From: Octopus sinensis
Lineage: Eukaryota
Assembly: GCF_006345805.1 (NCBI RefSeq)
Contig: NC_042997.1
Coordinates: forward strand, 34,844,001-34,908,000
Reading direction: 5' to 3'
Length of the DNA stretch: 64,000 bases
Shown piece by piece: positions 26,182-40,596 of this stretch. A program made the position numbers and the translations under genes. Position 1 is the stretch's first letter, and the number at the start of each line of letters is the position of its first letter. Below the pieces are notes generated by a model. That model was not told the DNA's origin and made no database searches. It was given only the letters and a program-made list of their open reading frames with translations.

Positions 26182-27622
26182 TGTGTTATTTCAAGTAAAC
26201 AAGATAACATACCTCGGTCGAAAGTATTGTTCACTCGAGCACCTAAACGATGCTATTTCCCAGCTGATTGAGAAGGAAAAATACCGCAGATATTTTGTTT
26301 TTCTCACTTCTCAGTACTTACTCAGTAGTTTTATTTCTCTGCTTCACAAGTGATATAGACAGACAGACAGAAAGAAAGAAAAATAAATAAAGTGAGAGGG
26401 ACATTAATAGATAGATACAGAGATTGACAGATAGATACTCCGTCGCAATTACAAATGTTAGTCCTCCTGTTACTCTTTCTATATATAACGCTAACAATTG
26501 CGTTCATTTTATAAATTTATTCTATGACGTATCCTAGTAAATTTTCTTCTTTTTATCGCGTCTAAATATATTTCTCGACATTTTCTTCATCTGAATGCTC
26601 CTTCCATACACACAAAAGCTTACCTCTCTCTGTGTATTTCCAAATATCTCTTTCTCTGTTACCGTTCAAATTCTACTAGTAATTCTCTATTTTATCATTT
26701 ACCATTCCTTGTAATTCATCACAGTTTTCTATCGTTCGTTAATGCAATTCTATTTGGTAGTGGTGATTGAAAGCGTTTTTGTCAGTCACCTTAGTGATCT
26801 TTTGATACTTCTTTTAGCCATTATTCGACAAACAGTACGTGACTGAAGTATGAACTAGCGTAATTAACGTGTCCTTTTCAAGAGACCTGGGTAATGAATT
26901 GTAACAATGACAGGAAGGTTTACAAGCGAACGAGCGTAGAAGTCCAGAGAACAGAGAACCTAGAACGCCACCGCATTGTAAATAACAATAGAGTGTGGAG
27001 GAGAAAAGAGAGAAAGAATCGTTGGTAATTAATGACAGGTTACAATTGTGATGTTGTTTATAGACAATGATTCTTGCAATGCTACCACCAGTACTCTTGT
27101 TCGAAGTGTATAAATTAAATCGATCAAATATCCTAATAAAAGCGCAATTAATCTAACGTGCTGCTTTTACTTTCCCTTAGGTGAGATTTTCTTCCTTTGA
27201 TGCAACATGGCTCTTAAAACAAGAAGGAAGAAATTAATCAAACAATGATCGTTTTTTTTACGTTTATAGTTAGCTTTCTTTTATTATTATAACATATTTA
27301 TATGCATATTTGTATGTGCGTGCGTGTATATGTATATTTATAACTATTTTATCTTAAAATAATAATTTATTAAAATGTAATCTAGATGAGAATATCCTTT
27401 ATTGTTCAAATATTCATTCGTTTATTATATGTGTATGTGTGCGTGCGTCTGGTTATGTGTATATCTATTGTGTATATGTTTGTCTATATATATGTTTATA
27501 TATAAATAATAATATACATATATATGTTTATATATATATATATATATACATATTAATATATATATTAATATATATATATATATATATATATAGATACATA
27601 CATACATACATACATACATACA

Positions 27623-27658
<36 letters not shown>

Positions 27659-28029
27659 CATATATGTATGTATATATCCATGCATATATAAATATATTAC
27701 TATAATTAGTAAGACATTCTAAGGAGGGCTGAACAATGCAAGGCCCCCTTTCCCTCATGCTTGTCTGTCATTAACACTTTAAATTCTAAAGGAGTCGGGT
27801 CTCATCTAATGCCACATTCTTTTATATTCTCTGCATTGGATGGTTAAGGTGCCCCTCAGCCAATGTTCTTTGGGTGTTGTAAACAATTCATTATGAGATT
27901 CCAGTTGACAGTAAGGTAAATTGTGACTTTTGAAATTCATTTCCATTTGTTCTTGACCAGATCCAATTGAAAATATTCTCAATAGCTTCTGGCATTGATT
28001 TAAGGACTTTGGCTTTCATTCTCTCAGAA

Positions 28030-30579
28030 ATTGAGAGCCGTTTCATGAAGGCAGATTATCTTACAAACTGTTTAACACCCACGTCGGTGGTCAGGACGTA
28101 GATTTACAATCTCATAGATTATATTCTGATCAGAAAACGTGATATGAAAGACGTTTCTAGTGTTCTGCCTATGAGAGGGGTAGAGAGCTGGACTGACCAT
28201 CATCTAGTCAGTGGAAAAATAGATTTTTCGATATGTAAAATGTTGCAAACTTTAAGTAAAGTAAAATGTTGCAAACTTTAAATTATCAAGCAACTGGCAA
28301 AGATTCCACGATGCTATAGAAAGTATCAATCTTGACCCAAACAATCTATGGGAATATTTCAAAGCAAAAGTATTTCAGGCTGCAAGTTCGTCAGAGAGAT
28401 TTAAATCACACAAGTCCGGTGACTGGTTCTTAGATCAGCAGAAGTTCATGATCTACTTTTAAAAAAACGAAACGTAGGCAATACACTTCTTTCTCAGTGC
28501 TTGAACCCCAACTCAAACGAAGCTTACAGAAAGCTGAAAAGGAAAGTGCAGACTGCTCTAGGGAAAATTAAACAAGAATTGTGGAATGATAGAGCAAATT
28601 AGGCACAAGAAGCAGCTGATAGAAATGATGCCAAGGGCTTGTACTCTTATATTAAGGAGGTATGTGGCCCCAAATCTTCTTCAATAGCTCCATTGAGAAC
28701 AGCAAATTGACGTTTGCTTCTGACTGACACGCTTCTATTCAGAAGCTCTGGATAGAACATTTTTCTGCACTTTTGAATAGACCATCATCTGCTGAAATGA
28801 GGACGGTAGAAAAAATCGAACACATTCCAGTTATAGAATAGATGGAATTTGAACCAACTCTAAATGACATTTATTTGACTGAGAATAAGCTGAATAACAA
28901 TAAGTCTCTAGTGTCTAATGGAAGATGTGCAGAAGTCTTGAAATATGGGGGTGACAACATTTTTAAACACTTAAATATATTAATATGTCACTGTTGGAGA
29001 ACTAAGAAAGTGTCTCTAGACTGGATTGATGCCATTTTAGTCTCCTTGTAAACTGAGGCCAAAGGATCTGTGTGGTAGTTTACGTGGGATTTCACTTTTG
29101 TTTGTGGTTGGAAAGGTAATTGTCCACATTTTGTTGGAACGTTTAAATACTTTTATAGTTCCAAATATAGTGTCTGAGTCTCAGTCTGATTGTCATTCCT
29201 CCAGCGGCACAGCTGATTATATCTTTACTGTCAGACAATTACAAGAAAAGTGCATTGAATAGAATTTTGCTCTATACCATTGACTTAGTGATTTGAGCAA
29301 AGCATTTGATACTGTTAATCGAAAAGCACTGTGGCTACTTCTAAGGCAAATAGGTTGCTTAGAAAAATTTTTAAACATGATCATGGCTTTGCATCAAGAT
29401 ATGAAAGCTAGAGTTATCTTTGGTGGTAGGTTTCTAAATCTTTTGCCGTGGATAATGGAGTAAAGCAAGGAGACCTTGATGCACCAACCCTCTTTGCAAT
29501 ATACTTTGCTGTTGCGTTGTTACATGCTTTTCAAAACTCCGAGGAGGGTATTTACATAAAATATCGAACAACAGGGCAAGTTTTTAATCTGACCAGACTG
29601 AAATTCAAAACGAAGGTTTTTACTTCACTCATTAGGGAACTTTTGTACGCTTACGATTGCGATCTTGTCAGTCATTCTGAAACAGGTCTGCAATCTCTTG
29701 CATCAGCATTTAACTCGGCTTGTGATGGTTTTGGCTTGACCATCAACTTGAAAAAACAAAGACCTGCGTGAAGTGCTGTTTGTAACACCACTAAAATTTT
29801 TGTTAAGAGTAAGTTACTTGAGGTTATTGATTCGTTCATCTACCTTGGAAGCTGTATTCCAAATGATGGAAATCTTGATACAGAAATACATCTGCGAATT
29901 CAAAGGGCAGCAAAAGCATGTGGTAGCTTGGAGTCACGTGTTTGGTCCCTGTGACATATAAATAAGAATACAAATCATTTACCTTACCACCCCTTTGTAT
30001 TCATGTGAAACATGGATTTGTTATGAAGGACATTTTAAATTGTTACAACAATTCCACCAAAAATGCGTTCATCGAATTAAAAAAATTAAATGGAGTTCTT
30101 TTAGTCCAAACACAGAGGTCCTTGCATCTGCAGGCATCACCTGAATTAAAGCTATGATTTTGAGGGATAAATATTGTTCAAATAGCAGTTGAACACATGA
30201 CGAAACAGCTGTTTTATGGTGATTTGCAGAGGGGAAACGCTATCGGCGTAAACTTTAAAAAATGTTTAATGACGGCATAAGGACTACTATGAAGTCACGT
30301 GGAATGGATCCAGATGACATAGAAACCCCTGCTTCGGATCGAGTTAGATGGCGGACAAAAGTGTGGAATTTGAGTGAATCCATCTGAAGAGGCAATTATA
30401 ACGCGTGTAAGACTCAAAAGAGATCTAAGGAAGAATGTAACGACCGAGAAGGTGAATGACAATGATCTTTTTGTGTGCACAGTCTGTGACGGACCATGCC
30501 TTCTTTTGCTGGGTTCAAATCTTATCTGCGAACCCATGGAAAACGAACCTCTACCAAATATTCTGCCCATATGTCTGTG
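28030..30579 (+). mobile_element. Degenerate RTE-clade LINE (APE C-terminus, RT, C-terminal region), many stops and frameshifts
   Basis: IDYILIRKRDMKDV...MRGVESWTDH (APE end); ADYIFTVRQLQEKC; DLSKAFDTVNR; NGVKQGDLDAPTLF and IRELLYAYDCDL (ORF 29448..29771, decayed YADD); YSCETW. Confidence 0.9.
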
Positions 30580-30830
30580 AACAAATGAAAGCTTTGTAAA
30601 TTTAACAGAGGCCTCTAAAGACATTTTAAGATTCACAAAGATCAGAAATTATCTGAAGCTCTTGGTGGTCCAAATCGGATGTGGAATCTATGTGGGTGTC
30701 TTTTTAGGACGTTGTCTGGCTTACAAATCCACATCAGATGCCTTGATGGTGCTAATGTGTAGGCACAGGAGGTGGTCAAACTCTGCATAAGGAGTAGACA
30801 ACCATCATATATATATATATATATATATAT

Positions 30831-30994
30831 ACGACGGGCTTCTTTCAGTTTCCTTCTACCAAATGCACTCACAAGACTTTGGTCGGCCCGAGGCTATAGC
30901 TGAAGTCACTTGCTCAAGGTGTCACGTAGTAAGACTGAACTCGGAACCATGTGGTTTGGAACACGCTTCGTACCACATTGCCACTCCTACGCCT
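30831..30994 (-). mobile_element. tRNA-derived SINE (family E). Other copies: 34044-34206(-), 37629-37785(+), 46738-46903(-), ~61110-61252(-)
   Basis: Shared sequence gggcttctttcagtttcc.tctaccaaatccactcacaag...gaagacacttgcccaagg...gggactgaacc; B box ggttcagtccc on the sense strand. Confidence 0.9.
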
Positions 30995-31004
30995 ATGCAT
31001 GCAT

Positions 31005-31150
31005 GTATGTATGTATGTATGTATGTATGTATGTATGTATGTATGTATGTATGTATGTATGTATGTATGTATGTATGTATGTATGTATGTATCTATGTAT
31101 CTATGTATCAATGTATGTGTGTATGTGTGTGTATATGTATTTATCTATGT
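31005..31150. repeat. (ATGT)n tetranucleotide microsatellite
   Basis: About 21 consecutive atgt units, then degenerate. Confidence 0.95.
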
Positions 31151-31169
31151 GTGTGTATATGTAGTTATT

Positions 31170-31655
31170 ATTTTCTCTGAGTTTAACTTCTTCTTGAAAG
31201 AGTTCGAACTGGTTGCTAATAAAGCAACAAGGCTTTTTGAGTTAAAAGAGCTCCCCGTTTTTGTAAATATGAGGATGAGTTGGTGTGTTGATTGAACTAT
31301 CGATACCTACACCCAAGTGTGTTTATCTATTTAATAATAATCTCACCTGGAGAATTTCTGGAATGTTACTCTACCACTAATAGATTGGATTTGGATGATC
31401 CGTGTCAGTTTCTTTTGCTCTTTTTCTGAAAGACCAGGTGTTTCTAGATTTTATGCGCCAATTTGTTGGTACATAGCTTAATGCACCTAAAATGAAGGGT
31501 GCGAATGAGAATAGTCGGGGTAAAACCGCTGTATGTTCCGCATTAATTCAGCAGAAATGTTCACTATTTACTGGACATTTGATAGCATATTCACATCTGC
31601 TGGGCAACTGAACTCTACAACAGTGCGTAACTGCTGTTCCCTGCCGTATAGAACA
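31170..31655 (-). mobile_element. 3' end (RLE domain plus UTR) of an R4/NeSL-like retrotransposon
   Basis: Minus-strand translation IVLYGREQQLRTVVEFSCPADVN...RNIQRFYPDY...NLETPGLSEKE...IQIQSISG, resembling the PD..(D/E)xK nuclease region; 3' end adjoins the (TACA)n tract. Confidence 0.6.
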
Positions 31656-31683
31656 ATATGTATGTGTTTATGTATGTATGTAT

Positions 31684-31729
<46 letters not shown>

Positions 31730-31734
31730 ATAGT

Positions 31735-31925
31735 TAATCCAAATACAGCAACGCGAGGACGTGGAACAAATAAAGTATTATTGGACGCTCAGGAAAGAAG
31801 GGAAGAAGGAGGGTTTAACGTTTCGAGCGGAGCTATTCGTCGGAAACAAAGGAGAAGGAAAGATCCCGAGAAGGGAAGACAGAGGAAAAAAATAGCTGGC
31901 GGTGCTCACGAGGTCACATGTTGAA
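31735..31925 (-). mobile_element. Short Penelope-type terminal (pLTR-like) fragment carrying a hammerhead
   Basis: Pyrimidine-rich sense strand with HHR at 31813-31847; adjacent to (TA)n. Confidence 0.55.
31813..31847 (-). ncRNA. Minimal type I hammerhead ribozyme (U4C core variant, palindromic stem III)
   Basis: Sense: gttt-CCGACGA-at-agc/tcc/gct-c-GAAA-c-gt-t-aaac; stem I gttt/aaac; AACGTT palindrome at stem III; predicted GUU cleavage. Confidence 0.65.
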
Positions 31926-32402
31926 AAAAAAATATATATGTCTGTATGTATAAGAATGAAAATGTAATCGAGGATTTATTATTGATTTCTTGAAAGCATT
32001 TGTCCTTCTCAGGAAGAGTCACTAACAGATGCCATAATACCATTAGGTCTTTTTTAAAAAAAATATTTTGTCTTTATTTGGTCTCGAGGAAACATTTCAA
32101 TAAATTAACACCCTCATTGTGTACAACTTCCACAACACGCCTGAAATGTATTATCTAAATTCCTGCCATTGACTTCCTTTGAGATATTTCAGTTAGCTTC
32201 TTTTAGGTGTAATTAAACAAATTACTCCTGGCTAATAATATATAAAATAATTTTGCTTGTATGTAAAAAAAGTTAAAAGATGTGTGTCGAGCAGAGAAGC
32301 GGTTAACAATGTTGGCGATGCAACTAACAATCGCGTGAATTTTCATTTCTGTCAGTAAGCCACTGTGAATTTTTTATGCCATTCAGTATAACCAGTTACA
32401 CA

Positions 32403-32445
<43 letters not shown>

Positions 32446-33149
32446 ACAGAGGCACGCACGCACACACACACACACATACACACATCCACACACACAAACA
32501 CAAACAAACACACACACTCTCTCTCTCCCTGCCTTTCAAAAACGAAAATGAATTCCAGGATGCTCAGACACACAAACATATACATATTTACGTTGATATA
32601 CATGTAGGGTGTAGGAATTCGTTTCCGTATTTGAGAATGTGGAAGAAATTATGAGCTTGTTATATTATCTCTGTCGTATAATAAGATATTGTTCTCAGTA
32701 GCTTTATGTGAAAGTGCCGTAATTAGGCGCGTGAATGATTCTCCAGGATCCAAATGTGCATTCCATATCTTTTCTTTTCCATCTACCATGTAATGCCCAT
32801 CGTTTATTCTTATTATTTGATGACGTTAACTCCATTCTTATAGAATAAATATTGTGGTTGCTGTTTTTTTCTAATATTAGTGGAGCAGCTTGAAAAGCCA
32901 GAGACATTAAATGGTAAAATTATTCTCATTTACGTTAACCTTCTGTGTCAAAGTTGATGGTTATCTCAAAAATATATTCCTACGTATAGCATAAATTATT
33001 GGCATCTATATTAATAAAATATTGCCAATACTATTCATATTTTGCGCAAAATCTATCGGGATAATGTACACCATTATGTGTTGCAAGATTAAATTATCAG
33101 TGTAATTCTCTAATAATTCCAATATATATTCCAATATATGTTGTTTCAG

Positions 33150-33500
33150 GAAAAATACTCCAGGAGGATATAGTTAGAGAAATATGCTACACTTACTTCT
33201 CAAGAAATCAAATTACAGATACTATTATATGTAGATGATCAGTTATGGTTTCCTGAGTTTCATGCCGATGAAAAAATAAATTAAGGCCTGTCTTTTGGTG
33301 TAATTGCGTTATTGATTTCTTGTCTAAAATATTTTCCAAAAATATTTACAAAACAGGGCTCTTGGACATTTACAATTAAAGGATTTTGGGAATGTGTTTC
33401 ACAAATAGAAACCATTCTTAATACTAATTTTCTAGATGTGTATAAAATGCAAGAAAACCGTTTCGTGAAGACTATAGAAATATACAGATCTTGGGAAAAC
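33150..33500 (+). mobile_element. Highly decayed reverse transcriptase relic, possibly PLE
   Basis: ILLYVDD (YVDD at 33228-33239), then FTKQGSWTFTI...NFLDV in ORF 33312..33509, which is the PLE RT motif order. Confidence 0.35.
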
Positions 33501-33725
33501 ATCTACTAGGAAAGATTTTCAAAGATGAGATAGAACAGATAGACATATAGATAGAGAGATAAATGAGAGAAATTAGGCGAAAGATGCAAAGTGGGAATGA
33601 AACATGGAATTCAAACAATCAATTGGGTAATACAGTGCTGGTCCATTTAACATTATCTTCAAATAGGCAAAATTTTTAACTCTCTCTTATATGTGTGAGT
33701 GTGTATTTATGCACTTATGCATGCG

Positions 33726-33786
<61 letters not shown>

Positions 33787-33787
<1 letters not shown>

Positions 33788-34206
33788 CTCTTTACTCTTT
33801 CACTCTTTTACTTGTTTCAGTCATTTGACTGCGGCCATGCTGGAGCACCGCCTTTAGTCGAGCAACTCGACCCCGGGACTTATTCTTTTTGTAAGCCCAG
33901 TACTTATTCTATCGGTCTCTTTTTGCCGAACCGCTAAGTGACGGGGACGTAAACACACCAGCATCGGTTGTCAAGCAATGCTAGGGGAACAAACACAGAC
34001 ACCCAAACACACACACACATACATATATATATATACATATATACGACAGGCTTCTTTCAGTTTCCGTCTACCAAATCCACTCACAAGGCATTGGTCGGCC
34101 CGGGGCTATTGCAGAAGACACTTGCCCAAGATGCCACGCAGTGGGACTGAACCCGGAACCATGTGGTTGGTTAGCAAGCTACTTACCACACAGTCACTCC
34201 TGCGCC
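33787..34206 (-). mobile_element. Full-length, low-divergence SINE: family E head plus (CA)/(TA) linker plus family D 3' module
   Basis: Head 34044-34206; 3' module gactgcggccatgctggagcaccgcc...ccgaaccgctaagtgacggggacgtaaacacacc. The same arrangement appears at 37629-37965(+) and 60862-61252(-). Confidence 0.85.
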
Positions 34207-34930
34207 CTATATATATATATAATATATACATACACATACATACATAGATACATACATATATACAGACACACTTATATAGTCATTACAATATTTGCGCTGA
34301 AACATTTGTAACGTTATTCCGAGGTTGTCCATTAGACTTAAGACTAGATAAAATTGGATTTTACAGATATTTAAATTCGTTCCTATGAAGATGAGAGAAG
34401 TTAGTAAACTCCGAGAATAAACATGACTAAAATTACACCAGTGAAATCAGATAAATTTGACTCCTAATCCAAAGTAATTATCTCGCACTATATATGCATT
34501 TAACTTTCAGATCTTCAGTCACAATCCGTTATCGAAGCAATTTAAAATAATGACACCTATTCAAGTAGGGCAGTGTAGGATTTTAGTTAATGATTCGCAT
34601 CATTTTATTTCAGTCGTTGTTGTTATTTATCCCCATTTTCGCTCTGATTGAGCGATATAACGATGAAAAATTGTACAACCTAGTCACCTTTATTCTGGCA
34701 GTGTGATTCAGGAATACATTTTTCTAATGAGATCATTTGTTGTTAGAATCGTAGGGTGGATTTGAAGGATGTTTGCTTGGTATATTTAGCAGGGTCAGCG
34801 TTTGGTTAATGGCAACGTCGGATGTGCTTGCATTAGAATGACATATGTGTGAGTGTTTATTTATGCATTTATGCATGTATACATACATACATATATATAT
34901 AATATATAATGCATACATACATAGATATAT

Positions 34931-35001
<71 letters not shown>

Positions 35002-36124
35002 ATGCATATATGTATATGTGTACCTTTAATATCTTACTTATATTGGTTAATGCACTACGGTCATAGAGGTACACCTTCTTGAATGGTGAATCGGCACCGG
35101 TAAAAATATTTTTAAAATCTGATACTTATTTTATCGCTGTCTTTTGCCGAACTGCGCTAAAGTCGTATGTTAATAAGCATTGTGTTTTGTTGATTGAACT
35201 AATGACGATGCTGGTACATTTCATGGTCTTATCATTAGGCTATAGTGAACAATATCAATAGGAGTGAGCTTGTTAGTTACTGAGTAACATTAAAAGTTAA
35301 TACGGAGAACTAAAAAGTCGTTTTGTCTGTCTGGTTATCGCGTCTAGCGGAATATATGTTATATTTCAGACAATAACTTGAGATTTATTGGATGTTATAT
35401 GGAAATTAGTTTAGGTATATACCTACCATAGACATGAATTATCTACGTTAAGTGAAATATATTCACTTAGTAATCAACAATGAGTCATAAAAATGTGCGA
35501 TTCAGAAATGATCTCGCTTCGTATCCTCGATAAATATACAAAGATATATCGAGACGTAATATAATACTTTCCCGAATATTGTCTCTGTCTGATAATAGGT
35601 GTAGATTGAATAAGTCTGAACATTCAGTTAACGCTTGCCAACTATTAGAATATAAAATTATGATTTATATCAGTTAGCTGAAGATAAACTCAGTGAAGAG
35701 CCATCGAATTGTCTTGCCTCATTGTAAAATGTGGACGATAATTCTAATGAAGATTTTTGTTGAACGTGACATCTTATCACTTTGTGACGAATACAATTAA
35801 CAGCACTCACAGTAGGACTAAATACTTTACTACGTATAAAGATTCGTGATTATTGCTTAGGTGTAAAAGTCATCTGTGTTAAATTCGTAATTTTTTTTAT
35901 TTCTGGAGTACTTAACATTAAACCCCAATAATATTCTGTCATGACGAAGTGAAATCGAGGAAAAGATAATTTAATACATGCCTCGAGCGAACGACATAGT
36001 TACATAACCAGCACACACACACACAGCACGGGCATATTTACTATCGACGAAATAAAGTCTTGCTGAAACAAAGGCGGGACAGTCATATCTGGAACATCAC
36101 TGCTTGCATCAACAACTTCTATTA

Positions 36125-36338
36125 TTGCTGCTGCTGCTGCTACTACTACTACTACTACTACTACAACCACTACTACCACTGCTGTTGTTACTACTACTAC
36201 TACTACTACTACTACTACAACCACTACTACCACTGCTGCTGTTACTACTGCTACTACTACAACCACTACTACCACTGCTGGTGTTACTACCACTGCTACT
36301 ACTACCACTACTACAACCACTACTACCACTGCTGCTGT

Positions 36339-36371
<33 letters not shown>

Positions 36372-36464
36372 AACCACTACTACTACTACTACTACAACCA
36401 CTACTACCAATGCTGCTGTTACTACTACTACTACTACTACAACCACTACTACCACTGCTGCTGT

Positions 36465-36508
<44 letters not shown>

Positions 36509-36560
36509 ATGCTGGTGGTGGTGGTGCTACTGCCAGTGCTGCTGCCGCTGCTATCACTGC
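36125..36560. repeat. Higher-order trinucleotide repeat (ACT/ACC/GCT), unit caaccactactaccactgctgctgtt(act)n, about 7 copies
   Basis: Visible periodic unit; explains ORFs 36000..36602, 36060..36509 and 36104..36595. Confidence 0.9.
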
Positions 36561-37016
36561 CGCTTTTTGCTGGCCTAGTTTCAACTCAATGCTGAGTTTC
36601 AACTCAATACAGGATATTTTGGTGTTTCTGACTGGGAATTATAATTCATATCATACCAATAATTCATAGCTAAGCACTATGTGGCTTATAAAGTATTTCT
36701 GATATACTAGAGTAGAGGCAACATAACACGACGGCTGAATACTGTATTGAACTATCAATACCTATTTCTTCATTACCCACAAGGGGATAAACATAGAGGG
36801 GACAAACAAGGACAGACATAGGTATTATGTCGATTACATCGACCCCAGTGCGTAACTGGTACTTAATTTATCGACCCCGAAAGGATGAAAGGCAAAGTCG
36901 ACCTCCGCGGAATTTGAACTCACAACGTAACAGCAGACGAAATACTGCTAAGCATTTCGCCCGACGTGCTAACGTTTCTGCTAGCTCGCCGTCTTAAATA
37001 CCGATGGCGTAAGTGC

Positions 37017-37057
<41 letters not shown>

Positions 37058-39516
37058 AGGGCATGTGTATGAATGTGAGTAGTTGCATTTTTGTAGTTGC
37101 AAATTTCATGTTACGTGCTTCACTTACGTTGAAGTATATAATAAGTACTATGAGTGTTTAAGACTATTACCACAGTCTTGCGCCCTGCCAAGGTGAACAA
37201 AAAGTTCTCTTTAGTAGATGACATATAACTGTAATTATTGACTAAATCTCAGGCACCTCTCGTGTCAAATACGTATGTCCTGTTTCTAGAATGATATGTG
37301 AAGACATAAACTACACTTAAAATTTACGAGGATCTCAGATGGCTGAGTGTATAGTATGTCAGTCTATATACTGAATAATTAACTGTTTGTTTCTTATTAC
37401 TGGCCTCCTGTGGTGCCTGTAGTGAAGACTTCAATCACAAATCGTTCTAGACATCTAGAACTGATTAACATCATAGGTATGTGCCTCCTAGGCATAACAA
37501 AAGTGTTTAAATTTTGGCAATTGTTAATTATCCTGAATACGATTTCGAAATTTAGTTGAAATGAAACCTTCAGAATGTCGACAGACGATTGATTTCTGTG
37601 ATTCTCTAGATTATTTAATTTGCTAGGCTAGGTGCAGGTGTAGCTGTGTCGTAAGAAGTTTGCTTCCCAACCTTATGGTCTTGGGTTCAGTCCCACTGGG
37701 TGAAAACGTGGGCTACTGTCTTCTATTATAGCCCCCGGGTCTTGTGAGTGGATTTGATAAACAGAAACCGAGAGAAGCCAGTCATATATGTATGTGTGTT
37801 TTGTGTGTGTGTGTGCGCACGTGTTTGTGTGTGTGTGTGTGTATCTCTGTGTCTGTGTATGTTTTTGAGTTTGTGTTTGTTCCTCAATATCATTTGGCAA
37901 CCGATGCTGGTGTGTTTTCGTCCTCATAAATTAGCGACCCGTCAAAAAGATACTGATAGAAAACTTTTAAAAAGTACAATGGCCAATGTTTTCGTCGAAT
38001 GAAAAGGTAGAAGATACGTAATATTCTCGTCAGGAATTATACAAAAGTGCTTTAAGGTTACTGCCCTTAAATGTTCACTAGATTAATTATTCTAATTGCA
38101 TTGTTTTAGTAACATGTTTCTTTATTACCCACAAGGGGCTAAACATAGATGGGACAAACAAGGACAGACAAACGGATTAAGTCGATTACATCGACTCCAG
38201 TCTGGTACTTAATTTATCGACCTCGAAAGGATGAAAGGCAAAGTCGACCTCAGCGGAATTTGAACTCAGAACGTAACGGCAGACGAAATACGCTACGCAT
38301 TTCGCCCGGCATGCTAACGGTTCTGCCAGATAGCCGCCTTATTGTTTTAGCAATATTGACCCTGCTCAGTGTTAATCGCTAATCAGTTGTATTTCAAAGA
38401 AACTTTGTTTGAAACAATGTACCGTAATTATTATACATCGAGTACTTCATACATTGCCAAAGCGAGAAGTCTTCAGTCAAAGGAGTACACTATTGTGGAG
38501 AGTATACTATTCTTGTTAAAATTGTAGCAAGACAAGAAATGCCGCTAACTGCACCAGTGGATCAGAATGGGAGTATGTGATGGAATGAATGAGATGTTAT
38601 GATGAAATACTAATCGGGGCAAATAAATATCACCCACACATTTTTCTAAAGATTTTTCTAGTGCGATTTGCATTCAAGTTATTAAATTGTGTTCAGAAAA
38701 CATTTGTAAACTTCATGGCAGGTGATCAATAGAAATATCGATTGTAATACGTTAACGGATTAATGCATAAATACGTCTAATGATAACTGATCATAACTGT
38801 AAGAGCCTGGATGTTTGTGCAATGATTGCAAATAAATATTTTTTTAAACACACATTGAACATACAATGTAAGACATCAAATTCTGTTCCCTACAAATTAA
38901 ATAAATTTAATAATAATCGTGAAAAACAGAAACATTAAGCACAAAAAAAGGGAAAAATCTCTTTGATTGTTTTAACAATTACTAAACGCTCAAATATTTA
39001 TATTTTATGTGGTGGAGTCAAAAACTGAAAGGGAAATGTAACACACAAATAAGTCGATATTCTAACAAAGTTAGTCTTGTTCAGTGTTCTAGATAGTAAG
39101 CACAGATTCTATTGTTGTTCATATATGCTTTAGATTAATTTAATATTCATATATTTAACATCTGAAATATTGATGTATAATTCATATTTTTCCTTGTGAT
39201 TATAACCAGTTTATCTAAATATCATTTGTATACTATTAAATCAATAAATCCTTAAGCACAGAAATTTGATATTGGTAACCATAAATGAATATATGTTTCA
39301 TATAATTGGATCATAGTTGAATTTAGAATCTTTTACATCGACGTTGGATACTTTTCGTTGTATTTTATGGTTTAGCTTTGGCACTCAGATTTCTATCATA
39401 ATTTCTATCACAACACAATGCTGATTTCTTATTTCGTTTGAAATTATATATCTTTCTATGTACAATGTTCTCTCTTTATCTTCGCATTTACCTAAATATA
39501 AAATTACACACGCACG

Positions 39517-39556
<40 letters not shown>

Positions 39557-39650
39557 CACGCACACACGTACACATGTCAACGTACACTGACTAACCTACG
39601 CATGCACACATACACATCATATACAAGTTTCTCTGCAAGTGTGAATGTGC

Positions 39651-39692
<42 letters not shown>

Positions 39693-40424
39693 ATGTATAT
39701 GAATGCGTGAACATATAAATTAATATTGCAATCTATATATGATAAATTATTTGTTCCATTGTGCATCGTTGATTGTACGAACATAAGTATATATCTATAT
39801 GTGAAAGCTACATAAGCATAAATTGATAGCTACATATATACACGCTAACACAAAACCCTCTGACTATAATATATACTCATAAATTCATTAGAGAATGTGT
39901 ACAAATGTAAAAGAATCAAAAATATTATTAGTATATACATACACACATTTCCAAAAATATACACATATGTATAAACAAATATATATGCATAAACATTAGT
40001 CACATATGTCCAATGTGTATTTCCAATTCTAGACATATGTACATCTACGAATATGAATATACATAAAAGTTTATGTAACTAAGCATACAAGATTACAATG
40101 ACTACAGAATCATCTGTATGTGCACATTCGCATGTATACAACAGGCATACGCATACACGCAAAACTATCTACACATTTATACTTCTGTATGTACGTACAT
40201 TTGTATGTGTATGTGTGTGAAAAAATATATATGTATATATACGTTGTGTATACGTATGTTTATATGTCCATATTTATATATCGTTGTACATATATACATA
40301 TATTTATTAGGTTACACACACATACAAACACACATATCTATCCCTACACTTACATATATCCACGCTCATATTCACACACAAACATACGAACATACATGAG
40401 TACATATATATATATGTATATATA

Positions 40425-40515
<91 letters not shown>

Positions 40516-40530
40516 TATTATTATTATCAT

Positions 40531-40596
<66 letters not shown>

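Noticed and set aside
31292-31309. 17/18 match ttgaactatc(g/a)ataccta with ~36747-36764, hinting at a shared LINE/SINE 3' end
   Set aside because: A match this short is plausible by chance in 64 kb of AT-rich DNA, and other family C copies lack it.
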